This document shows, piece by piece, positions 41,108 through 52,052 of a DNA stretch of 64,000 nucleotides (position 1 is the first letter of the stretch; the number at the start of each line of letters is the position of its first letter). The notes under the pieces are model-generated. The model ran no database searches, was not told where the DNA came from, and worked only from the letters and a program-made list of their open reading frames with translations. The stretch spans positions 31,610,213 to 31,674,212 of the forward strand of contig OZ234493.1 of the NCBI GenBank assembly GCA_965153455.1, given 5' to 3'. The DNA comes from Sphagnum compactum. Lineage: Eukaryota. The position numbers and the translations under genes are program-made.

Positions 41108-43941
41108 AGACCCAACAAGATCGTCAACAATGTGAGCATCATCAACAACACAAGAATTTTCTTACTTACTCAAAAAAATTGTAGAAGATGATAAATCATC
41201 CCAGATCTTGCCAACACACAAAAGCTCAGGAAGAAGAAGAAGAAGAAATGAAGAACAAGATCTTCAAGGCACCAAAAATAAAAAGGAAAATTAAAAATAA
41301 AAATCAAACAAACAAACAAACAATGTACTTCATTGAAATAACCAACCCAGCCAAAAAAAAAAAAAAAAGAAAAAAAAACTGCTACTAACTAATAGCCCAA
41401 TTAGGTTAGGGTTATTTAGTGCTTAATTAAAAGGAAACAATTAGCACTAATTAGAGACCAAATAGGATAGGTGTCAATCCAATAGCCTGATTAGATTACC
41501 ACTAGTCTACTAATTTAGTATTGCACTAGGGGTACAATTAGCACTAATTGGGTATAACTGGATATGTGGCAATTAAGTAACTACACTAGGTTAGGCTATT
41601 TTAGTTACTTAATTTTAAGGTACAATTAAGCACTAAGCAGGCACTAATCCATTCATGAACAATTAGCACTAATTACCAAATGTACCAATTATTTTAAGTG
41701 TCAATCAGCAACTTTTATTTGGTAGGATATTAGTAATAATGTAATTATCAATAATTGTCCAAATAGATAAAATGCCCACTCACATAAATAAATTCTAGGT
41801 TAAAAGGTTTTCTAGAGCCTTAATTAGCATTTGGGTACCATGTTTTATATATAAGTCTTAATTAACAAGTCATTACTAATTAGGCCAATTAGTCATTTTA
41901 CTTTGCACTAATTACCAAATAGATAATAATAATTTTTTACTAATCAATGCCATTTCAATTAATTTTATTTTTTTTCTTTTCCTAAAAAACATTTGTGTAG
42001 CAATAATAGTGGACAGATTTCATAAGTCTAGACTAAAGAGTTCATCTATGCAATGATAATTTGCAATTTGTTAGGTAAAATGCATATAGTTGTTTCGATC
42101 TAATATATGTTTTTGTGTTAGTCATTGTTGAATAAATATGAATATTTTGAAAATGTGTAGATTTTATTAAATTATATTAAAATATGATTGTTTTTATTTT
42201 ATTTTATTTTTTGTATATCATAAGTTACAACTTTTTTATATATGTTATGTACATTACACCATATTTACATGTGATAAAAGATTTGTAAAAGTTTGAAACA
42301 TGTTTTGAAACTTTTTAAATTGAGAATTGTTTTGAGAAATGACAATAGTTTATTATCATTTTTACTTTTTATGATAAAATAATTATTAATTTTTAAATTA
42401 TTTTAGTCCTTGAAAATTTGACTAGTTAACACAATTATTATTCAAATTCAAATATATTTTACTAAAAATAAATTTTAGATTCAAATTTAATAATTTTTTT
42501 GAATTTTTTAACATTCATATTCAGAACAACTTTGAATACTTACCATAATTTAAAATATCAAAATATTTATTTATTTATTTATTATATTTTAAATTTTCAG
42601 GGATTTTAAACATTTTTTTGGTTTCTATTAACATGATTTGACCTTATTCAAAAAGTTACTAACATGTTGATATAAAAAATGAACTTGTATTCACCATTTG
42701 GAGATTTTAAGCTTGAGTTGTGAATAAAACAAAGTTAAATAATTAAAATCCCCAACACATGTGAATCTAAACACTTTTGATTGAAGAGTGCAATATGGTG
42801 TTAAAAAGGTGTTTGTAAGAGTTACAACTTTGTATGTAAGAATCTTTTAATTGGAGTTTCTATGCTAGAATTATGGGATCACAATGGTGGTTAGTTTAGT
42901 TTTTTTTATTACTTATTTATTTATAAATGACTTGTTACAAGGTAGGTAGTAAAAATAACCATTACATATCTATGAACCATTTATTAGCTCTACCCATAAG
43001 GAAAAGACCACACATCTATGCAAGATTTGGACTTGGGGATAAAATTTTAGCTCACTCATTAGCCAATGTGGAGATGAAAAGTGTTCACAGAATGAAAATT
43101 TTCACGCGGATGTAATTTTCCATGTTTGGGTGAATGTAACCCTATGTACATTAGGTTTTCAGGTAGTTGATTGAACGTTGTAGGTTTTGATAACCATTGT
43201 AGAAGCTAAAAGTATTTTCTTTTTCAACAAAACTTGTTTTAGCACGAAATAAAACTAAGGTTATCACAAGGAGTCTCAACCTTGCATGGAACGAGAAGGT
43301 GTAGCTATCGCTTTCCAAATCTTTTTCCCCTCCCTCCCCACATGAACATGTTTGGATGTCACGTTACATGTACCTAGTAGTAAGAACTCATGTTTGTCCC
43401 TTGGAATTTCAATAGGCGCATGTTAGGTTTTACCTGTGGGTCACATCTTATGAAACTTGTGAATGGACAAACTTAGGTTTTTTCTTGCAACTCCAACCCT
43501 TGCACGAGAAGGTGAAGGGGGTGTATGTGTATGGAGGTGGTGGTGGTGCATGTGGTGGTTTTGTTGTAGTTTGAGTTTCATTTAACATATCAAACTTTGC
43601 ATGGAAAGTTGGAAATCAATGTGTCTATTGAACATTCAATTTTAACTTTTTCACGATTAAGTTGCTACACTCCTTCTTGGAGAGCAGGAAAAAAGTCTTA
43701 CTTCAGATGCTCTTTTTATGCATGAAAGTACGATTGTGGAATTGTTTACTCAATGAAGAAGCTAGCGGATGTGGAAGATGTAGAACTTCCCCCCAAGGAT
43801 ACGACATTCCCAGCTGCACTAGGGATCTATGTAATGTATGATAAAGAAGGGGACCTTCAATATGTGGGTCTTATGCGTCAAGTTTCCACTAGCCTTGACA
43901 TCCATTTGAAAGAAAATTCTATGCTTTGTGGCTTTGTGAAG

Positions 43942-43996
<55 letters not shown>

Positions 43997-44827
43997 TTGG
44001 TCTTGTCCTTTGAGCTCAACTTTGTGTTTGAGGAGACACTACTACATATTGTGCCCTTTTGCGAAGGGCCAAACAAAAAATCTGAAGGTTTTGCGAAAGA
44101 AAAACAAAAAACCTGAAGGGTTTGCGAAGGAAAAAAAATTTGCCAAATTTGCGATGCGTTCCGCATCGCAACTTGTGGCGCACCATTCATCGCAAATTTA
44201 GAATGAACCTTTAATCATCGCAACACTTTTGCGAGATACACAACAAACAAAACTTTGCGATCCGCTCAGTCTCTGTCCACTGTAGCGAAATTCCACCCTT
44301 CGCAACATTTAATCATACTCAAAACATCGCAACCTTTACAATATACAGAGTATCGCTACAGACTTTGAGATCCACAACACATCGCAACGTGCGATATGTG
44401 GCGCCTCGCAGTTTGCGTTTCAATATGTATTGCAAACCTCGTCACAAATTTTTACAAAACTTTCCGGTGGTGGACGTATCGCAAGGTGCGATGTGAGTTA
44501 GCTCGCAAAGTAGTGAAAGGGTTACTGGAGAAGGAAGTTTCGCGAAAGGGTTTCGCAATGTCATCTGATTCTCAAAACACCATAAAAAAATAAAAAATCT
44601 TTTAGACCAAATGGAAGCTATAAATCCACTTAACCATTATTATAATCTATGTTGCCTTAGTAGATTGAGTGAAAATATCAATAAAGTACGCATAGCAGTG
44701 CTCCTATTCTTGAAAATAAAATTACACAATGGAGTAGAATAGGCAGAAAATGACACAATGAACATTGTGCAGTAATATAGAATCACAAGCCTCAATGGCA
44801 ATTTGCATAAAATCAATGAGTAGTACA

Positions 44828-47800
44828 TTATACGTGGTCATCATCCACCTCAGAGGTTGTAAACACAACCTCTGGTTTCTCACCTAAAATAGAACGGGAC
44901 CGTGGCACATATGTGACAACAAGTGACCACTCCTCTGGGTTTGGGGGATAAGGAAGATAAAAACATTGTTCTACATGACTGGGAAAAGTAAATGGCTCTG
45001 AAGTTTGCCAATGAGATGGCTGATAACTGGTGGCAGATGTCTTTAACCGTGTGTGTCCGCACTCATCCTGAACTACAGTGCAATTTGCACCAGCAAGGTT
45101 CACTTTAAACCACTTGCACTTAAACACATACTCTTCAAACTTTGAATGTGCATCATAAGATACCACCAAGATCTCTTCCAGCTTTCCATAATGTGGCACA
45201 ATATCTCAAACAATATTCCTGTCATGCCGACTACTTCTAGAGTCCTGAATGAATTGCCCTTGAACTCCACAGTCAAAGGTGCGGCCCCTTTTTTCATCCA
45301 AACTGGAAATCCTGAAATTAATATTGTGTTAGGCATTGTGAGTCCTAAACTTATATGATAATAGAAACTTCATGCCCATAAAAATCATCCTAGAACATTC
45401 TAAAAAACTTGTCTGGAATATGAAGATGAATTAATATGCCTAATGAAATAGAAAAAATGAATACCTGAAATGTCTTCCTTGTGTCCACATTGCTGAACGT
45501 GTTGTCACAACTCTCAGTGGTCCATGAACCATGGTGCGAACAGCATCTGTGATCTCTGGAAAACATGCTATACTTTCTCCTTATGCCAACAATTAATCCA
45601 CTTCAACCAACTTCTCTTTCATGTACTTATGAAACGTAGGAAAAATCCTTGATCTCCCACTCATACTTTTGGCATTCTCATAGAAGTTCCTCCACTCTTC
45701 CATGACATTGCTATTATTCAACATGAATGTGGTCAGCTGAATTAACTCTATAGGTAATAACATGCGTGTTTTGATGGCACCAGTCAAACGGTCTTCCTCC
45801 TCTTCTCTTTCCTCCATCCAGACATGAGGACATGATGGATCTATAGTGGCCAAGATGTTGGTGCAATAAAACATGCTCTCTGCTGCCAAGTGTCCTACTG
45901 CCATGCTTCCCTCCACTCGTGCATGGTTACGGACATAACGTTTTAATACTGCCATACATCTTTCAAGCCAATACATCCACCGATAATGCACAGGACCAGC
46001 AATGGCTATCTCATCCACAAGGTGAACTAGTAAATGCACTTGACAATCAAATAATGATGGAGGGAAGGCCTTTTCCAACTTGCATACCACCTCTGCTGCT
46101 ATTACCCTCATTCTTGGAATCTCCTCTACAAATAACTCCTTTGAGCATACCCATCTCAACAGATATCCCAATGACCAAATAGCATCTTGTACTTCTGCAC
46201 TAGCTAAGCCTATTATTGCCACAGGCAATATGTGTTGCAGTAAACGATGATAGTCATGTGTCTTGAGATACCTTGGCCACTTGTGGTCATCGTCCCTACC
46301 AAAAGCTTTTTGAAGATTAGCTCCATAACCTGCAACAAGGTACCATAAAATTATACAAAAGTATTCTAGACATCCAACAGATAACATTCTATACTTCAAA
46401 CTTTTTTTCCAGTATAAGGCATACAGATTTAAATATAAATAAAAGCAATAGAGTACTTTTAAATTCAACCCTTGCCATCAAAGTTCAAACCTGTAGGGAA
46501 TCGCATCTCTCCTATGCGATTTCGAAAGTCTCTTCTTTCTTGTGTAGTAAGTGTCCATGGAGCTGATGGTCGCTGCTCAATACCTGTGTTAGGATCAACA
46601 GTAATCCACACATCGGGATGCCTCTCAAAATCCTCACAGGCCTCCCTAAAGTTACTGTCCTTCTCTCCATAGAGCTGTTTTATGATAGCCTTTCCCACAT
46701 TTCCCTCAATGTGCATGGGGTCCAAGAGATGACGTATTTTCAGCTCACCCCAGTAAGGCAAGCTGTTGAGTATACCCCACCTTGTCAATCCACTACCCTC
46801 AAACACCATAGAATCATTTAGGTCAATAACTCTATTGGCCACATCCCTCCAATATGCAAAAGTGGTAGCTTCTGGAATATCACGCTCATCGCCATAAGGC
46901 ATGTCAAAAGATGAAAATAAAAGTGGGTCTGATTTCATATCATGTCCCAGTGGAAGAAACTTTGTATGGCCAAGGTAAACAATTTTGCGAAGATGGCTTG
47001 AGTATTTAGCCATGTCCTCGAAACTTGGGCCACATGTAGAGCAGGCCTTGTAGCCTTGAGTTTGCAGCCCACTTACAAAACCAAACCCTGATTGTAGAAG
47101 AACGGAATATTAGAACAACAAATAATCACAAAACAGAATAATAAAGAAATATATAGAGGCATGTGCATGATTTCTTACCAGGATAATCATGCATTGTCCA
47201 CATGCAGATTGCCCTCAACTTGAATACACGTGGTATTCCTCCAGTGGTCTTCCTCCCATCATATGCCCATACTCCATCCCACAATGTTTTGAGCTCATCG
47301 ACCACTAGTGCTAAGTAGGTGTCTAGGTTTTTCACCTTACTTGGCCCTGGGATAATAAGAGAAAGCAGCAAAAATCCTTTTTTCATAGACAACCACGGAG
47401 GAAGGTTGTAATTCATGACAACAACTGGCCAAACAGAGGTAGGTCGTCCCTTTCCTCCAAGTGAATGTGGACTAACACCATCTGATGCTAACCCCAACCT
47501 CACATGCCTAGGGTCACGTTCAAGCTCTGGCCATGTTGACTCCACATGCTTGTGAGCAGGAGAGTCAACTGGTAACCTCATAACACTAGGCTCTGATCGA
47601 TGTTCCTTATGCCAAACCATTAACTCGGCCAAGTCTGTACATCGATACATGTGCAGCAAGCGAGGAATAATGGGAAACCACCTTACTGATTTCCTGGGCA
47701 CCTTCTCTGTAAGCATCTGAGGATCATATCGAGCCTCTTCACATGTACTGCACTTCGTTAAATGGGCATTGTTCCCATGAAATAACATGCAGTCATTAAC

Positions 47801-48388
47801 ACATGCATGCACAATTTGATACTCCATGCCTATGGAGGATAAGATCTTTTTAGCCTCCTTCCAAGATCCTGGCAAAACATTTTCCTCAGGTAGCAAGAGG
47901 CTATGACAAAACTGGAAAATGTCTGACAACATAGTATTGCTTGCCTTGTGTTTTGCTTGGATGTTTAACAACCCCAGTATGGCTACTAAACGGCTTAACC
48001 TTGCACCTTGAAAAATAGGTGTTTGAGCATGTGCCTTCGCCTCTTGCCACTACCGTTGTGCCTGGGCAGTATGTTGATGACGTGGATCATCTGCATTGGC
48101 TCCTTCATCATGTGGGTTGCCAGACATATCATCAACTATGTCAAGTCCAAACCAGTCAACCATGAAGTCATCCATTGCTTGTTCTTGGTTTGCAGGCAGT
48201 GGTGCTTCCTGAACTGGTTGAGAGACACCTTCATCATGAGCAGACAAGTCATTTGATGAAGAATGAGTTGATGAAGAGTCTGATTTGTCTGGCATGCCCA
48301 TTTCCCGATATGTTGCTCTCAACCTCCGTGGCAGCATGTCTTCAGAAGGCCGAATATTCTATGCAATACCAAATCCAGAAGATCTTAA
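44828..48388 (-). pseudogene. CACTA TnpD-type transposase (Transposase_21/DUF4218/DUF4216-like) with nonsense mutations. Exons ~48388-47179, 47087-46491, 46329-45465, 45311-44828
   Basis: Motifs HACVNDCMLF, FPIIPRL, PRHVRLGLASDG, YNLPPWL, IIPGP, HDYPG..GYKAC..C, LDPMHIEGNV, LKTHDYH, HLLVHL, WMYWLER, FKCKWF and EPFTFPSHVEQCFY. In-frame stops at 48050, 45593, 45581 and 45206. Confidence 0.92.
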
Positions 48389-48504
48389 CTATATACCAAG
48401 CATAGTTGCATATTACATTATAAATAAAAAATGCCAAAATGCATGTATATAGATATGGTATGTTATGTCTTAAACAAAGTACATAGTTCATAAATGGTGG
48501 AATC

Positions 48505-49305
48505 CTAATTCCACTCATAGTGTGTAAACAACTCATCTCCTGATCTGATCGTCCTAGTAGCTAACACCAGGCAATGGTCTTCATGATAAGTCTCGCCATA
48601 TGGTGCTAGAGGAGGTCCCTCAACAAAAACCCACTCACAATTAGCCCTACGCTTAGGCCGACTCCCCACCGTACTGTTGATGAAACCAACAATGTTTCCA
48701 GAACGTATGGGGTCTCCATCTATCACCCTCACATCACTATGCCTCCTAGTGCTACCAGCAAAGGTGTCCATCTCAAGAGCAAAGGTCTTCCACTCAGGAT
48801 GTTGTCTGAGGATCATGTTCCAATGTCTTCTCTTATAGATAGGCCCACCATAAGGGAACAAAGTAGGACCCTCTCTACGATAACTAGTTGAATCCTCTAC
48901 AATGATGTCCTCACAAGCATATACTCCATAGCCATGCCTCTCTCCAAGTGTAGAGGTCTTAACAATCCATCGTCTACCCCAAACCACAACCTCCTCATCA
49001 TAGGGCAAACTATCAAGCAACCCAAGAACTGCAGGGTTCCATGACTGGATAATATTGGCACATTTGCCAGTGAACTCACACATACCCCATCTGCCCTCAA
49101 CAATAGTCCTAGCATGACCCTCACTTGGACGTTGTGCTTTGGATCGCTGTCTAACGGAGGGCAGACATGGCCTTGCCTCATGATGTGGATTACTGGCCTC
49201 ATGAGAGGCACCAATCCCTACAGCAAATGCATGCGAAAGTGCATTTCCTATGGCAGCTAAAACCCCTTGTGATAGAACATAGGGTGGTGGTGTCATACAG
49301 GAACC
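48505..49305 (-). CDS. SET-domain (lysine methyltransferase fold) exon carried inside the CACTA element, uninterrupted (266 codons)
   Basis: STLGERHGYGVYACEDI (SAM-binding GxG), LFPYGG, IDGDPIRSGNIVGFINS..ANC (NHS-equivalent), LVLATRTIRSGDELFTHY (ELxxxY with terminal Tyr). Acceptor TAG at 49306-49308. Confidence 0.85.
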   Translation of the reverse strand, partial: GSCMTPPPYVLSQGVLAAIGNALSHAFAVGIGASHEASNPHHEARPCLPSVRQRSKAQRPSEGHARTIVEGRWGMCEFTGKCANIIQSWNPAVLGLLDSLPYDEEVVVWGRRWIVKTSTLGERHGYGVYACEDIIVEDSTSYRREGPTLFPYGGPIYKRRHWNMILRQHPEWKTFALEMDTFAGSTRRHSDVRVIDGDPIRSGNIVGFINSTVGSRPKRRANCEWVFVEGPPLAPYGETYHEDHCLVLATRTIRSGDELFTHYEWN

Positions 49306-49421
49306 CTATTACATTCAAAAAACCACAACAAACCATGGAAGTGAAAATAGTTTCAAAGAGGATTTCATGAAAAATAACATGTATCAAAAAGGAAAAATGA
49401 CAATGGTAAAATGACACTTAC

Positions 49422-49652
49422 CACATGAGATGAAGAAGCTCCTGGGGTAAGACCACGATGACGCCCAAATCGCTAAATGTGTTGAGCACAAACATATGAC
49501 TTTTGTGAAATCTGACCAACACACTTGGTGCATTGGCAAAGCTGCCGAGGTGGACCATGAGGAGAATGAGACACCTCTGCTTGCGTATGAGCTGATGTGC
49601 CTTCATTTGAGGAGGATGAGTCACTAGTGGAGACAACGGAGGAGGAAGACAT
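49422..49652 (-). CDS. First coding exon with CxCxxC...H Zn-binding (transposase-associated-like) motif; one premature stop
   Basis: MSSSSVV...LCQCTKCVGQISQKSYVCAQHI*RFGRHRGLTPGASSSHV, followed by a phase-0 GTAAGT donor. TAG at 49473-49475. Confidence 0.65.
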
Positions 49653-50278
49653 ATCATCTGTCACATTCATAAGGCACAAATGTAAGGCAAAGACCAGATA
49701 GGACTTTCAAAAATCATGTGATACAACAATATAAACCATTGACAACTCATAAATTGAGACTACCTAAACCAAAAAGAAATGCATACCTGCATCCAATGTG
49801 GGCTCAACAATGCCTATAGGACTGGTTGCCCGAAACCCTTTGGCATATGCACAACAGGAGCTCTCTGACCTACAACTCTCGAGAAGAAACCCTAAACCTT
49901 AAAACTTTGCGAGCCCCTTGCAAACCCCCTACCATCGCATCCCTTTTCGCATCTGCATACGTTACTTAAACCAAAGCCCTAAAACCTTTAACTTCCTCCT
50001 ACGTTAGCGAAGCCCCCAACTTCGCATCCCTCATCCGTTGCGATACGAACAGCATTGCACGGCCGTTGCGAGCAATACCGTATCGCAGGTTGCGATGCGG
50101 GTTACATCGCAAGCCCTAAATTTTCGAAAGTCCTTAAGCTGGAACAAAATAAGGTGTCTGCCCAAGCTTTCTGGGGGTCTAGACTAGAGTACCACGGCAA
50201 GTGAATTTGAACTCATTCTCGGCATTCCTCGAGAATTGTAGAAGGAAAGCTTGGGCAGACAAGAGGGGGCGGATTGCA

Positions 50279-52052
50279 ATGGCTGGGACTGGTGGAGGGG
50301 GTTCTGGGTCTAGAGGAGGTGACAATAATGAGGAAAGGTTGAGGAAGATGGTTGCTGATCACTTGAGAGCTTCAGAGCTGTTTGCAATCGATACTAGGAC
50401 ACCTAAAGGGCTGGCATCTTTGACAGCCATCTTAGGTCAAGCATTGCAAGCAGGGCTGACTGCTGGGGAAGCACAAAGAGAGGAGGAGGCAAGGAAGGCT
50501 GCAGAAGCCAAGGCAGCAGAGAAGAAGAGAAAGAGAGATGAAAGAGCAACAACAAGAGCTCTCTCACCTAGAACGCTCGAGAAGAAAAGGAGGAAGGATG
50601 AGAGGGATGCCATCAGAAAGGAGAAGCTCGATCTGAAGAAGAGGAAGGAGGAGGAGAGGAAGAAGCTCCCTCTGATAACATTGGCAGAGGAGGGAATTCC
50701 AACCGAGTTAGCATACACTGGGGCCAAGAGCACCATTAGGCACATTGTCTCCACCAACTTTGCACGAGGAGTTGAGTGGGGCACTCTCTCAAAGGCAGAG
50801 CAGAGGAGAGTGATAAATCAGGTCAAGGGAGCATTTCGAAATGGAAGAGAGCTTGATTCACAGTGGATTGCAGACAAGATCTCCAATTCAATGTCTCAAG
50901 CAAGATACCATGACAGGATGAAGATTCGTGCTCACCTGAGAGACCTGAATGTGTACAGGAACTTGGAAAGGCCGCTTCAGTTCTCAGAAGACATCTGGAA
51001 TGCCTTCTACCAGTCTGAGGTGCAGCTGAAAGCAGCAAGGCAGCTGAAGGAGATCACAGAGCAGCTAGCCAAGGCCAAGAAGGCACGAGAGTCTGGGAGG
51101 TCGGACCGTGACCTGAAGGCACTAGAGCTGAAGCTTGCTGAATGCCAATCAGTGGTGGACGAGGTCGGTGATCCACCATTGAAGTTCCTCAAGGCAGCAG
51201 AGCGAGTGAAACTGGTTCCACCCACCACCCACAGGCTAGGGCAAGGTGGCATTCCCGGCCTCAAAGCAGCATTTGTAAGTACACTCCCTACCCTCCATTT
51301 TTTTTCTACAAAGATTCGTTTCTGTCGAGTCACATAGGACTGTTTGGGATACTGTTTAAGATGTGTCAAATGGCGTTTAGTTCGCAAAGTTACGATGCTA
51401 TTTGTTTCGCAAACTACTTCGCAAGATACAGTATGCGAAAGTCTGCGTTTCGCAAAAGAGTTCGTAGACTTGAACAAATCGCAAACTGCTTCGCAAGTTA
51501 AAATATGCGAAGTTCTACGCTTCGCAAATATGCGTTTTTTTTGACCTGTTGTTTTATGGGGACAGTACAAGAGGTACAAGAGGAAGATCACAGCTGCAGA
51601 AATGACAATGGGCCAGGAGCATGGCAAGGAACATCTTTTTGAACATGTTGATGCACTATTGGTGAATGGGTATTGGTTGGGATTGAATTTCTGTTTGTGT
51701 TGAGATTGTTTTCATTTGAATCAAGATTTTCATTGTTGACTAAACTTTGCATGTTGAAATGCAGGCATCTGAGGGTGAGAGTGAGAGCTCTCAGGGCAGC
51801 AGTGATGAGGAGGAGAGAGGCGCTAGCACTGCTCCCCCCAATGTAGCTACCACTAGCAGTGGACCCAATTCATTTGCTAGTCGAAATGCAGGTTTTGCAG
51901 GGGGCGTGGGTAGGGAGGAGGATGAGGACGAGGAGGAGGGGCAGGGGGACGATGAAGAGAGGGAGGAGGATGAGCAGCCTCCCCCTCCACCAGAGAACAC
52001 TAGGAAGAAAGATTCAAGGAAGAAATCCAAGAGGGGAAGGAGGTCTAGATAG
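50279..52052 (+). CDS. CACTA accessory (TnpA/ORF2-like) protein, ~459 aa. Exons 50279-51274, 51566-51661, 51765-52052
   Basis: Basic coiled coil and helical region, THRLGQGG motif resembling the HxLGxGG motif of En/Spm Transposase_24-type ORF2 proteins, and acidic/basic tail. Phase-0 GT-AG junctions with no stops. Confidence 0.7.

Noticed and set aside
40122-41388. Lys/Arg/Glu-rich ORFs
   Set aside because: Translations of (GAA)n, (GA)n and poly-A tracts in the probable UTR/promoter region; no domain signal.
50437-51627. Minus-strand ORFs of 115 and 206 aa
   Set aside because: Antisense shadows of the TnpA-like coding exon.
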